Positions 11,601 to 26,463 of a stretch of DNA of 64,000 bases are shown one piece after another. Under the pieces are notes generated by a model. That model was not told the origin of the DNA. It did no database searches and worked only from the letters and a program-made list of their open reading frames with translations. The DNA comes from Pavona decussata. Its lineage: Eukaryota. The DNA is taken from positions 1 to 64,000 of the forward strand of contig CDRNST010000087.1 in NCBI GenBank assembly GCA_977016875.1, written 5' to 3'. Each line of letters opens with the position of its first letter. Positions within the stretch are counted from its first letter, which is position 1. Made by a program: the position numbers and the translations under genes.

Positions 11601-14600
11601 ACATGTAGAGTGGCTTCAACACAAATTTCAGAGGCTGTTTTTCTTTCGCTTAGAAAAACAAACAAACAAATATTCACCTGCAGCATGAGTCGTTGCTGAA
11701 CTTGGACCGCTCATAGTGCATCCGTGAATTGTGCACACCGCCACCTTATGAAACCACAACGAAAATAAGTTCTTGGATTAAAAATGGCACACTTATAGAA
11801 GGGGTCAAATTTTTTAAACTCATAAATCTTAGTAAAAATAGAAAATAAATCATAAATCTTGTCTGTTGTGTAGCTTAAGAATCGTAACAGGTGTGCAACA
11901 GCAACACACAGCCTCTTCAGTCGAATTGTTCGAAGCGCCACCGACGAAAATGCCAGCAAAATGGTTGCCAAACTGAAGAAGACGTGCTCACCAACGAGAC
12001 TTCTCAAATTTGGTGGTTTTACTGAAAAATGGTTGCTTCAGAGCTAACAGTTTGCTTTCAAGGTGGCCGCGCCGAGAGAATTGATTTGCATACTAAATGT
12101 AGCATTACAATACAAACCTTTATCACGTAATAAGTGTAGGGCAGAAGACCAGAGACACTGACTTGGCGTGCACTGCCAGTAGTATTCGTCCACGAGGTGT
12201 CATTCCTGTTGAACACAAAAACAGTGCTTTGGTAAATATGACTTCAATCATAGTGGGAATCTGGAAACATGACGCTTTCATTACACTTTGAAATAATTGT
12301 TGAGAAAAGAGACAACGAATATTTGCTACAAGAAAGCCAGAGTCCCGGTCACTCACTGTCCGTTTGTTATATTTCCTGCTAGGGATTAAAGCTAAGGGTT
12401 TTGGATTCATACTTTAAACTAATTATGCAGGGCAGTCTCTCCCCCCCCCCCCCCCCCCCGTTCCTCGGTATTACAACGTTTGAAGACCTAGTAATTCAAA
12501 CTCCGCCCCCCCCCCCCCTTCCGTCTTGGAAAAAAGAGTTGGACTCATTAATACTAGTGCCAGATTTGACGGTGAAATTTACCCTCCCCAAGAAACAGTA
12601 CCAGTCCATTGGTCTAACTATTCAAGCTACAAAATCAACAAATCATCATAGTCTAGTTTTTGTATATACTTTCAAATATACTTCAAAACTCTTGAAGACG
12701 CTTTCTATCAATCATTCGTTGATGAAAGCGAGATGTTTTGCTTGTTATCCGCCTTAGTTGTTTCATGAGGGGGGGGGGGGGGGGGGAGCATGGGATATTA
12801 ATTATCATAGACTTGACGCGGTTCAAATTTGCCACCCTTCCTACCTGGCGCATTATCAACTGACTCACGGATTGATCAGTCAATCGGTCGACATATCGAT
12901 CGATGTTTTATAAGACATCCAGCTTGCACAACTCAAGAATTAAAAGAATACTAGAGTTGTACATTAGCTGTTTACTTACACATAAATATTGTACAATATA
13001 ACGACTCCATTGGGGTCTGCAGGTGGACTCCAGCTCACACGAATCTCAGTGTCGCTCATAGTGTACAGTGTTGGTGGGCCAAAATTCTCAGGTACTGACA
13101 AAATCAATATTAACAACATCAATGAGCAGAATCTTGAAATAACACACGAACAGCATTACAATTTGCTTCTACGTAATTCCCTCCAAGAGAGAAAGATTCC
13201 AATTCAATTTGAAAGCTACAATTCTTTCACCCCTTATCGCCAAGCAGAATTTTGTAATTTATAACGTGGGGCATAAACCAATTAAAATCTGCTCGTGTTC
13301 TACTTACATCCATCCAATGTTCGTATCCGAAAACCATCACTCTTATATGTGCCGGCGCCGTTGTTCAATTCAACCTGACCAAAAAAGACAAAGGATCTGT
13401 TAGCTATATAGTTTTAACTTGAAATCATGCTGTATTTTTGCCTTGCTTGGTAATCCATTCCCGTGGAAAAAACGATAGCGAGTGACTAAACAAGAGGACA
13501 AGAGGACCTAAGAAAGGCGTGATCATCAGGGCTGATCGCATGCTACATAGTTTGACCATCTTACTGTTCAAAGGAGTGATTCCGTCAAATATTTCTTCAC
13601 TAAACAGAGCGAAATTCTCTTTCTCCCACGCTTGACATTGGTTATATATTTTCCCGCTTTTGGCTCTGGAAGCATGTTTTATAGACTGGTTGTACGCATG
13701 TTCACCGCAGCTTGCATCGGCCGCAATTTTTCCCGCGCTTTGCCCTTGGCTAATGTTTCCCGCGCTTCGTACCGGTTACGCGTTTCGTTGCTTGATTGGT
13801 TCACAGCGTTTATTGCTTTTTTGATGATTGAAATGAGTACAACAGATTGTGCAGCAAATTTTATTTTCTTGTAATTTTTTTCTAGCGGACTCAACTTTTG
13901 TGGAAAATAATTGAGAACAAGGAAAACACTTTTTGAGGGTAGTACAGATGTCAGTAAAAAACAAAACAAACCAAAAGGTCACAAAAAATCCCTCTCTAAC
14001 TTTACCGTCACATGTCATGTAATAAGTAAGAAAGATACTCTTACATAGAATATGTAATAAGTGAACGCCTTGAGATTTTTAACTTCCACACGAGTCTGGC
14101 TTCCTGGAAACTGGCCCACTCGGCTGACAGGTGCACCAGGAAGTGATGTTTCTTCCATTTCCACGACATATGTTATCACAGCACCTCGCAGCTGCTTGAT
14201 TTCCGGGGGGGACCACGTTAAAAGCACGGTCGTGTGATTCAGAGCAGTACCATTGACAGATGGACCCGCCAGGGGAGGGGCGGGGCGTGTTCTGTAGAGC
14301 AGTGAGGAGTTACTTGTAGTGTTACCTTGTCTAGTCACTACAGTGACCTGAAATTAAAAAGGAAAAAAAAGTTGGCAAAAAATCGTTTGTTACATTACGA
14401 ATCACGATCAAATAGTTTAAGCACTTTGAACTAAACCAGATTTGAGTAACTAACTCAACCATTTTACGGATCCAAATCACTTAATCAAAGCATATGCAAA
14501 CTGAAAATGGTTTCTGGAAGACATTCCCTTATTCGGGTTGGATTTTCCATCTCTCTAAGGTATAAAAATCAAGTAAAAGTGGTTACAATTTTTGGACGAA

Positions 14601-17600
14601 AATACAATAATTGTGACAGCCAGATATCGCGCTCACTTCATTTACGTACATGTATCATCAATCTTATAGTTACTGATTATTTAAATGTCAATATTGAATT
14701 CGTTTTGCGCTTAAGATACTTTTATTCTGAAAAGTTTCACCCATTGAGATTTTTACAACTTAAAATGGTTTATTATTTAACCTATAAATTCTGAAGGTCT
14801 CTGAAGAGTCTCTTGGCCGAGACGAAACGCCGCGCCAGACTAGCCACGAACATTTCGCAAGTAAAATGGTTTTGTCAGATTTATTACATGTAAAAGATCA
14901 CAGGCGGCCCAATACGTAAAACTGCTTGAGAAAGAACAAGACCTCAATGCTTTTGTTTAAAAACAAACCTTATATTGGTGTGCGGAATAAATTCCAAGCC
15001 CAGAATCATCAAATTGCCTCTGCAAAGCTCCACTTTCAAACACTTCAACATACGCTGTGGGTGCGCTGATGTTACTAGTCACCAAGTCCTCAACAATTCT
15101 CCTGAACAGCTTATACCCCACTATCACCCCGTTAGGTCTGTCCGGTGGATCCCAACGTACGCGCAAAGACGTTTGCGAGAGCGCCTCCGCGGTGGGCGAA
15201 GGTTGCTTCCCAGGTTTGGCGGGAAGCGTGCGCACTTGGGACGGCGAGCTGCTGCCGCATCCTCCAATTGTACATGCGCTGACAATGACGTCGTACTCGA
15301 TGTAGGGATCCAGTGACGTGACGTTAAGATGGAATGGAGCGTTAGCGTTTACGGTAGTGTTGCGTGACGTTTGCTGGTGTATGACTCTGATGATGTAGTG
15401 TGTCACGATACCATTGGGTATGCGGGGTACACTCCAGTTCACATAAATGGCGTATGGATTGAGCGCTTGGACAAAGGGTGATGGGATACCCTCGGGATCT
15501 GGGGAAAAAACAGAAAGACATCAAGTCTTGCGAAATTTCACAATTTTCGTAATTTTTCGAACCTCGCATTTCTCCGTGGATTTTCGTCGACGTCCTTGCT
15601 AAATTGAACGCTTTTCGTAATTTCCATAAATTTGTAGGACCTTAAGAAAAATTTTTAAATTCTGTAAACTGAAGTTTACACCCTGTGAATGGTAGAAAAT
15701 TCTTATCATGGTCATTCATTAAGGTGGCCCACATGACAGAAAGTGGATAGAAAAATAGTAGAAAACAACTCGCAGCATTCCACTTCTCCCTGGATGGAGT
15801 TTTCCTCTCTCAGAAAACTAACCGCAGGATATTTTTTCAAATGCAGGTTTCAATTACAGTTAAAAAACAACACGGAAGCAGACAAGGCTTGAACCAAAAA
15901 AATCAGGTCAAATGCGCGCTTAGCACTACACCGACTTGCCTCCAGCTAGACCCAATTCCGAATTGTTTTGAACCTCACTACGAAAGCGAGGCCAAGAGCA
16001 AAGGTTTTTCATACGAAACCTAGTCTTGTTTGCGTATGAATGAAAACCAACTGTACTTTCCATTTACCAGAACTGACCGGCCAGTCTGTAAATCGAATGC
16101 GTCAATTTTCAAGGGATGGTGCTGCAAAATCTTGAAAAATAATCACTCCGAAAATGGTACGCGCTATTTTGAAGAAATAAGGACCAGGATTAAACTAATC
16201 TTTAACATTGGTACATTCCGTTTACAAACTGACCGGTCTGGTCGGCCAGTTTTGACCAATGGAAAGCGCTCTGATTTTCAAAACAAAAACCACGCACAAG
16301 CCTCGCTTTCATGATGAAGTTTAAAGCAACTCGANNNNNNNNNNNNNNNNNNNNNNNNNNNNNNNNNNNNNNNNNNNNNNNNNNNNNNNNNNNNNNNNNN
16401 NNNNNNNNNNNNNNNNNNNNNNNNNNNNNNNNNNNNNNNNNNNNNNNNNNNNNNNNNNNNNNNNNNNNNNNNNNNNNNNNNNNNNNNNNNNNNNNNNNNN
16501 NNNNNNNNNNNNNNNNNNNNNNNNNNNNNNNNNNNNNNNNNNNNNNNNNNNNATATCACTAAGTCTCATGGCGGTTTACAATTCTATGGGGTGAGATTGG
16601 ACGTCAGCATCGGTCCATATTCGATCTCACCCACCCACCAACTTAACCCAAGCATGAGTGTGAAAGACCACAACACCGGAACTACGTCCCCTACTCTTGC
16701 GAACAGAGTGTGGGTTCTTTAACGTCCCACAAAGTAATCATGAACAGGGGTTGTGAGACAGGACCTACGGTTTATCGTCCTTATCCAAGAAGACTAGAAA
16801 GTCTAACCATTTGTAGATGTCATTACAAAGGCAGCACTTTTCTCCTCAATTAATTTTAAAGATTCGGAGTGTTGTTCCGGCCGGGGTTTGTGGCGGTTTA
16901 TTGTTTCGATCAGTGTGAATTATAGGAATGTTTTTTTTTATCTGACGCTGTGACATACCTCCTTGACCTGTGGTAATGTTACTATAAGGACTTGGATTCC
17001 CGGGGCCGCTGTTAAATGCTATGATGCGGTACTGATACGCCGTCACAGGCTGCGCAGTGTTATCCACGTATCGCCGCGGGAGAGAAGCATTCACTTCTGC
17101 GATGACGGAAGGACTTCCACCTGACAGGAGCCGCCGCTGAATGGAGTACTTCCGTATAATGCCGTTTGGCACTGACGGCGGGTCCCATTCTATTATCACT
17201 GTTCTGCCTGCAGTGGAATTCAGTCTTGGAGCAGGCTGACCTTGAGGACCTGATGAGTAATCACAAACAAGCTAAAGGCCATGTATGTCTATAGTTAAGG
17301 GTGTATGAACTCCAGTCTCCATACTCAGTCGGGAGTATTACTACCCCTCCCCCCTGAGTAGGATGCACGCGGAATGCAGAGTTTCGTTGGGGTTCCCTCA
17401 ACCCATTAAGGAGCCGTTTACTCAAGGGCTGTTTAATACCCAATTTTAAAAAAGGGCGATGTCAAATCACCGATGGAACTACCGAAATGTTTAGCTGCGA
17501 TTTGGTTACGCTCACGCGGCACCAGTTTAGCAAAATTTTCACGAATGTTCTAGCCTGCGAGAACAGACAGTATTCCGGCTTTTGTTTCACCCGCGACTTT

Positions 17601-20126
17601 TTTCGCGGCGAGTGATTTGAACGATTTGGAAGATCTTCACAAAAAACCGAATACTTTTTTCAAGTTTTAATCTATTTTTATCCTGGGAATCGACAGCTGA
17701 AGAAAATAATTTATATCTTCAAAGCACTAGTAAAGAAATAGACCGCGTATTATGTTGAACTGGAACTAGCTTGCACATGAGGGTTTTCACGCGCAAATAT
17801 TTCTTAACATATTCCCCCGCAAGCCCTCCATTGCAAGCTAGATACATTCTAATACGGGGAATACCAATATAGTCTGTTAAGAAAATCAGGCCATTAAAGC
17901 GGTTTTCAATTAAGCGTCAAAGTAATTTCGCGTTTGCTTTGGTTTTTTTTTTGCTACGCTGTGATTGGTTAGCAAAATAGGCGACACTTTCTCAACCAAT
18001 GAGAAGCAAAACCAAAATCAACCGTGATTTGCTACACTCGTTTTCCCGCGCTTGGCGCAAGTTACATGAATTTGATTTGATTTTTAATTGGTTTATTGCG
18101 CTGTTTACATCTGTTGTGATTGGCCAGAGTAATTACTATGGTTTTGGGTCTACGACACTGAAATGAAAACCGCTCTATCTCAATGTTTTCATTGATTGAC
18201 AATACAAATGGGTGACATTGTCCCTTTACCCAATGAAAATTAAAGAGATGCAGGGTATGCAATACACGTCATAGTCCGTGCTGGTTTTTGGACATAAAAT
18301 TCAAGGAGTATTCAAGCACTAAAAACTGAGTTTTCAAGGAGTATTCAAAGCAAGATCACTTTGTCTTGCACTATGTTTCGAAATGTTTTTAATTAATGAA
18401 TAATCTGTCCCCAATTTTGAAGTCTGCGCTCAATCATACAATCCTACATTCTTTTCCATCCGAACAAAAATTCAAGGAGTTTTCATTATTTTCAAGCACT
18501 TTCAATAAAAATTCTTCTTTTCTAGGGTTTTTCAAGCGCCTTGAAATCTAAAATTAAATATCAGGGCTTTTCAAGGACTTCAAGGAGTAGTACGAACCCT
18601 GACACGTGCTATGAATTGAATTCATCGTACGGAAAAAAGATGGCGGTTGTACATTGTACCACAATACCTTGCCAACTTAACACAACCATCAGGCACATAG
18701 AAGAGTCATTTTTTGGCACAATTAGTGGCTGTACTAACAACATTGTGTATGCTAGGTTTGAAGGTTTTAGAACTTTTCTGTGCGTTTTTATAAGCGTTTT
18801 TACGGTAAATGTACCAGTCATCATCTTTTCCGGTACGGTGGATGGAATTTACGAATTGAATCAGACACTGTAACTTGCTCAGGTACTGCTCTTACCAGAT
18901 TCCAAAGTCCTTTGCGGAGCTGCGTCAGAGCTGTTACTGCAGCCGACCTTCGTGCAAACACCCAGCCTGAACACGTAAACCGTGAAGGGCTGGAGACCAG
19001 TCACCGCGTAGCTTGTGACATTTCCCATGACCCTCTTGATCTCGGTGCCATTTTGATAGATGATGTAATGCAGGAGCACTCCATTGGCTGGGTCAGGTGG
19101 GTCCCATGTCACTGTCAGTGAAGTTGAAGCCACGTCTCTAAATAAAGGTGGGTCCGGAGAGCTGGGAACTAGAAAAGGCGAAACAAATGTTATGACATAA
19201 GGAGACATTTGAGACCTTAAGATTGAGGTATTTCCTCGTTTGCCGCAAACCGCAAATCTCTAAACGACACGTGACTCCGCCTTTCAGCCGTCCAGTTTGA
19301 CGTTTGAGGTTCAGGTTTTCACGTCAAGGACACTGTCTAGAGGTAAGTGAATTACGGCAGAGTTTTTCGCTAGTTTTAAAACTGGTATTTTGCACTGCTG
19401 TCAATCATAATAACGACGACAGCCAATGGACGCTTGAAAAACAGAAAGAGATAATCCAACAGAAACACAAATGGTGAACGTGGAACTGTTTAAAAATTCG
19501 TTGTTTCTTGGAATATACCCTAAAGTAATTTAGAAAAGCTTCAATTCATCCCGTAAGTTGAGGTTTGGAGCTAAGGAACAACGTCTTATTGAAAGAGGCA
19601 GAAGCTGGTAGCTGTATTTACAAACTTACCATCCTCAAGGGTCGTGATCCGACTCCATTCACTGTACCCAGACCCCGCGATAGTACTGACATTCACACGG
19701 AATTCATAGACCGTGAAAGGCCTGAGGTTAGCGACGGTTAAGCTGAATCCTAAGCCACTGAACAATATTGTTTCCATGTTACCACTTTTCTGATGCAATC
19801 CATAGCCAAGAATATTCCCATTAGGCAATGCGGGCTCCAGCCACGTGACATGAACTGACGTGGAGCTCAACACGGTAACATTGGGTGCTCTCAAGCCATC
19901 AGGAACTAAGGATAGAAATAAAAAGATCATTAGCGTGAAGTTCGAGAAATAATTCAAATATTTTGCACGGAAAACAAATGACGTTTTAGAGATTCTGATT
20001 GGTTGAAATAAACTGTGTCAACCTGCAATAAAACCCAATTTTGGCATGGCTCTTTTAAGGCCAGCTCTCTCGCTTGACGGTCGACTTTCATTTTGCAATT
20101 CCCGCAGGAATGGTTTGACAAGCGAA

Positions 20127-20186
<60 letters not shown>

Positions 20187-23100
20187 GTTGATCTTTTACA
20201 TTTGCGAGTTAGTTGGCAGCTATAACACAAAATAATCTAATTTCCTTCCAGAAAATGCAACTGTAAAGTGTGTGGGAATCAATGTCAAATTATGAACAAC
20301 ATCCTTGACCCTGTCCAAGACTAACGGAGTCGAATGTACACTCATAACTGTACAGAACAGTGTTAAGGGTGGCACCAGGGCCCAGTTGTTCAAAGCCCGA
20401 TTAAGCTAATCCTGGGTTAACGTGAACTTTAATCCGTAAGGCTTCGTCCAAAAGATTTTTGTCCCTTACTTCTGTCTTAGACTTTCCTTTACCATTAGCT
20501 TAAAATGAGCCTTTAAAATCGTCTTTTATGAGCGAGATGAACACCTCGGTTAACTTTTAATCGTGGATTAGCGTTAATCGGCTTTCGAACAACCCGGTCC
20601 AGGACTCAATAACACGTGACATGTTTTAAAACGCGAGATGACCTTGAAAAGCCAGATCATGACAATTCGGCAAACGTTTGTGCGTGGAGATCAAATTTAA
20701 ACTCGAGGAAAAATAAAATTTTGCAAACAAAAATCTCTTTTTACAAAGAACTGTATGACGCCCGGTTAGTGTTACTCTGTCAGCTATTATCTCTTTATAA
20801 AACTCGTGAAATCCAAACTTCTACATTTCTAAACTTCCATTTCTACCAGTGTCTAGAAATGTCACCAACCGCGAGTTGTGCAAATGATGTTCTATAGGAT
20901 TACCCAAGTCAAAAAATTTTCGCACAGTCCGCAACTTACCTCCTTCGGGGGTGGAGCCAGTCACACTGTTACTCAGGACAAAGCCAACGGAATTGGAGGC
21001 ATTCACCCAGAATGTGTAATTACTGAAGGGGAGGAGTCCATTGTAGATGAAATCCCTCTCGGCTTCTTCCACAGAGATGCCAGTTTCCACACGCTCTTCG
21101 GTTCTGAGATCAACTGAACCAGGCACAATGAATTTCCCACGAACCATCAGATTATAGAATAACCTTCCATTAGGCACAGCTACGGCTGTCCATCGGGCGT
21201 TAACCGCTGTAGCATTGCGGATGCTTGCTGTCAGAGTCACTGTTCCGTTCGGTGCAATCTCTTTAGTGAAAGCAACCGCTTCTGCACCGTACGCGCAGCC
21301 TACAGCTGTGCACGCTCGCACGCGGTAGGTATGGCGGCTGTAGGGAGTGAAACCACGTGCTGTGTAGTTTGTGAGCTGTGTTTCATTCAGCACGGGATCT
21401 GATCTCGAATCTTGGTATAACTCATAGCGTGTAATGTTACCATTGGGTTTTCTTGGTGGCAATATGATGACGTATAGAGCATAAGGACTAAGCGCTACCA
21501 CTGTAGGGGCTGGGATGTCATCAGGGACATCTTCATGGGTCGTCACCTGGGACGCACTGCTAAAGGTCCCACCAGCTCCGGTAAAGGGACGTACTCGAAC
21601 ATAATACAATGTTCCTGCCGTGAGATTCGTGATAACAGTGCTGAATACATTCGGAGTTGCATTAAATTTCGATACATATGCACTCAGAACATCGTTAGTT
21701 GCAAACAGTACTTCGTAACGGACAATTATTCCGTTTGTCTCGTTCGGTTCTTTCCATCGTACTTCCACTTCAGTTCTCCCACGCACAAATACCGTTGGGG
21801 CTTCAACGCCCCCCGGGGGTAACTCTCCTGTATATATACGGGCTACCGGTCCCTGAGCACAACCGATTCGTGTACAGGCGGTCAGCTGTAACGCGTACTC
21901 CGTGTAAACTTGCAAGTTTGAGATTGTGAAGTTGTTATCTGTCCCGCTAAACACAAGCTGTCCATCCAAAGTTAGGTTGTACAGCGTTATGATACCATTA
22001 GGGTGTGCTGGCTCGAGCCAGTACACCTCAAGCTCTCTTGGACGACGAACTGCTGAAGGGCCTGGGACACCGTCTGGAACTAAAAATTAAAAGATACAAC
22101 AAAGTTTGTAAAGATTTACATTGCGAATGTGTTGATCTGCGTCACCAGAAGTATCATGGGTGCTGCAGGGTGTTTCTTTACCTTGTACCTGATCCGGGAC
22201 CTGATGCATTTGACAGTCTGTTCATGAAAGCACGACAGAACTCTCTACAATCCTAGATAGCTAACACAGTCTCTGACTAATCAAGTATTGGTCATAAAAA
22301 CAGCTACTAAATGGCGAAAGTCCAACTCGCGGGCTTTTCAAAGTTTAAAGAAAAAAAAGGTTAATCTCGGTTTTGGATGGTTAAAATTTTAACATGTTTT
22401 CCTTTCGTATTTATTCTTTAATTTAGTTTGAGACCCGCAAAAGGGAGAGTCCACTTTAACGTGACTTTCTAAACATTTTCTGTTATCGCTTTTGGAGGTG
22501 GTTAAAACTTAAACCCAAAGTTGAAGTGATGATTTTAGCGTTATACTAATGTAAGGAGCACGTGTTTCTGTTTTAGCCTACGTTCGATTGACCTTATTCC
22601 AGAATAAGAATCAGGGCGGAATAGCTGTTAAAGGAATTTGGGAGGCCAATTCCGCAAACTAACGCTGACACACGAGAATTTAAGAGCCGTCTCGTACTCC
22701 AGTAACTCCTAAAACCTCTTATGAGGGATTTCTTGTCATCGTTGTGTGTACACCTATTCCGGAATAGGGTCAATCGAACGCACCCTTAGACTGCAAAACA
22801 GTCGTAGTTTTGTGCTGGTCTGTTAATGAATGCGCGCGGTCTTCAAATAATATATCAAACACGAGGAAATGTGTTTCCTCCGATTCCAAACACCGAGAAG
22901 TAGGTTGGAAAAACGAGGCGCGAGATTTTTTAACCATGAACTTCGAGGTGTTTGGAAATAGGAGGAAACCCTCTTTCGAGTGTTTGATATAGCTTCTCAA
23001 ACTATTGATAATTCTTGGAGAAATTCGACGCAAAAGTTCACAAAATTTTAAAGTCTGAAGCAAGTGTGTGCAAGGAGAGTAGGACTGATGCTAGTAACGC

Positions 23101-23708
23101 GCGCGCACTTTGCGCGCAAGGATATCCACACGTTCAGTGCTTCGCGCCTTTCGATTGCCTTAAGAGAAAAAGCTAAGAAAGAGAAAAAAATCCCGACTGT
23201 TTTGCAGACTACATTTTTTTTCTCGTTTTTCGGCTGATTTTGTTGTGTCTAAAACCAGTCTGCATTTGTACAAATATTGTGGACCTGAAAATATGCCATT
23301 CTGTCGCTGACAAGCGATTTGAAACCTTGATAAAATAGTTCGTTTAAAATACCTGATTCTTCAGTCGTGACATTTTTACCAGGCCCAATTGAACTTCCTC
23401 CGAACGTAAAAGCCTGGATCTTGATTTCGTAAGTCGTGTAAGGTTGGAGGCCTGAGATGGTGGTGTTTAGAAGACTCATGTCAGAGACAACTGTCTCTCC
23501 AGGGACTGCCTGAGCGGGGTGGACACGGTAAGAAAGAATCCGGTATTCCCTCAGGACGCCATTTGGACGCTGCGGTCGTACCCAGGTCACTCTCACTGTT
23601 GTTCCACCTGGCAGAGGTATCAGCTGTGTGGGGGCCTGGTGACCAGTAGGGTCTTTCAAAGGAAAGAATACAAGTGGTTTATTAAACTACGCAAAACAAA
23701 ACAAAACA

Positions 23709-23760
<52 letters not shown>

Positions 23761-26387
23761 GTAATAATAATAAACTGTTCAAATAGAAGAAAGATCCTCG
23801 CAGTTAGTAAGCAAATTAGGCAGTTGCGAAAAGAGAGCCTGAAAAAAAATTCAGGCTTGAACGGGATTCGAACCCATGACCTCTGAGATGCGCGTGCAGT
23901 GCTCTACCAACTAAGCTATCGAGCCAACTGGGAGCTGGTCATACTGTGAGTTCGTAATATACCCGTGAAGGATCAATAAATGAATGTAAATATATGAAAC
24001 GTATATTTTGAACTGCGGATGAAAGATCAAATAGAAGAAAGATCCTCGCAGTGACTACGCAACTTAAGCAGTTGCGAAAAGAAAGCCTGAAAAAAGTTCA
24101 GGCTTGAACGCGATTCGAACCCAGTTCAAAGTATATGTTTCATACATTTACATTCAATAATAAACTGTGAAAACTTAAATCCAACTTTGGCATGCCAATT
24201 TTTATTAGCCGTTGAGTGAGAGCTCAAACCACAAACTGGCTTATCTTGAACGCAGCGGCACCATCATGACAATCAAACATCAAGCACAGCTTGTCATCAC
24301 CCATTTGTACTTCCTTCAGATAAATAAACCTTCAGATAATCACTTGCAGAAAACCTTCCTCCCCATGATTAAAACGCGCGCGGAGAACCTCAAACGCGAC
24401 ACCAGGGGGACTTTCCACCTAAGTAGACCCGCACCCTTCAAAAGCTCTATTTTCACTAAACCCTGATAACCTACCGCTGCGTTGTTTTTTTAGGGTTGGG
24501 AACATTGTTCTGTTGTCCTCTCGATCAATCATGTAAGACGTTACAAACAGTACAGGTCACCTGTTCCATTTAGCCGAAATATTCGGTTGGAAATTCCGGA
24601 AATTTGCCCTGGCCCATGTCAAATGGAAAGGTTTTTTTTTTCCATTTGAGTGAAGGACCTCCATTTAAGTTCCAAACTTTTCAAACCCACTAGTAGCTGA
24701 AAAATGTACGTGACGGAGCAAGAAGACAACAAAACTGAAATAGCATTTTTTTTTTTTTACAAATGGAGCGAATTTAAAGGAAAAAGTGGAGTATATCCAA
24801 AGCTCGTCCTTTTGATCCGGAAAATTTTCGGCTTGATTCGCGTGTTCCATCTGTATTTCAATTGGTTGAACCAAAAATTTGCGAAGTGGAAAGCGCCCAG
24901 GGGTCTCCCCACGCGAGCTCAAGCCACTCGCCATTTGCGCGTTTCATTGAAGATCCTGTGTACCGAACGTCTCTTATAAGAAACAAAAATCCGCACAAGG
25001 AAAGTTACTGTTTTGAGAAATTTTTTGTTTGCTTTCTTTTTAACTCTACTCACCTCCCTGCCCGCTGCGAGTTGCAATCCAAGCACTTTTAGCCGAGCCT
25101 GTGGTTCCAGCGTGATAGCTTTCCACACGGTACAGATAATCTAAAACAGCAACATAACTTCTTAATACAAATTGTTGTCAATAGCCGGGTATTAAAACTT
25201 TCATATGCCTTGAGTGTCAATGAACTACAGTTTGCCACACATGATACTTTCGAGACCGAGGAGTAGGGGGGGGGGGGGGGGGGATTCTTCCCTTTATAAG
25301 CTATAAAGGTATGTGCGGCCCCAAAGGGTACGGTTCAGTTTTGAGCTGTTTTTAACTATTTGGTCTGAAAGTTTGTAAACGGGTATATTTTATAGAAACT
25401 AGGTCTGAAAATGAGTAGGAATTGTAAAGGCCTGGACTCAGTTGTTCACAGAGCAGATAACGTTATCCAGTAGATAAGTTGCTATCCAGTGGATAAAATG
25501 TACTACAACAAAAGCTTTTGGCAAGTTTTTCACACAATCCCATACTTAACTTAGACAGATGCTTCTACTTTAGACAGAAAACAAAGGGCTATAGGGAAAT
25601 TCTGGCACATATTTTATTTGCCGCATAGCTTCCTAACCAGTGGATAAAATTATCCGCTCTTTGAACAACTGGGGCCAGGTCTGAAAAAGGCTACTGGAAA
25701 ATGACACATTTCGGTTTGAATCAGGGTGACGATTTGGAGAACCGAACCGCATATTCCTACCAAAAATTCCTAGGAGAAACCCCCCCCCCCCCCCCCCTGT
25801 CCCCGAGGGTATAGAGGTTACTAAATAAAAATTTAAATATTATACAGGAAACATGTCAAGTGTACCATCTTTGTCGTCACCTTTTGGCATTCAATAGAGG
25901 ACACCTTTTGCGACTTTTGAGATCAGCAAACGCAATGATCAAGACGATACAATTATGGACAATCACTTAACAGGCAATAAACACACTTAATGGACTAGAT
26001 CCCTCAGCATTTTTTACGTTTGCACATGATTTTCGGCCGTTAAGAGCAAATCACTGTTTTAAACTTAAGTTTGCATCTGCAACTTTGAATAGTTTTAAAC
26101 ATTCCTTTTTTATACGCATAATCGATAAGTGGAATAATCTGCCAAAGGAAATTGCGGAGGCAGAAAATTTGAACACCATAAAGAACAGACTGAGATGTCA
26201 TCCTGCAATTTTTTCCAGTGAACACTAAGTTCTCCTATTGTGTGATGTGTTATATATTTTATGCTAAGGATTTTAAACAGTTGTAAATAATTTTAAAATG
26301 TTTTAATTTATTTTATTAACAGGAGATAAACTAGGAAAGGGACAACCTCATTTATCTCCTTTTCACTTGGATTTGTGAATAAACGGC

Positions 26388-26463
<76 letters not shown>

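Noticed and set aside
12438-12790. Poly-C and poly-G tracts as functional G-quadruplexes or Pro-rich ORFs
   Set aside because: Such tracts recur throughout the window as parts of repeats, and homopolymer lengths are unreliable.
17247-17275. CTGATGA hammerhead-like core
   Set aside because: No GAAA or usable stems; it is the reverse complement of a usherin splice acceptor.
20018-20230. Poly-Leu signal or transmembrane peptide ORF
   Set aside because: Translation of an (AAT)n microsatellite.
23853-23925. Functional tRNA gene
   Set aside because: Anticodon arm is malformed, acceptor stem is mismatched, and it sits in a dispersed repeat family.
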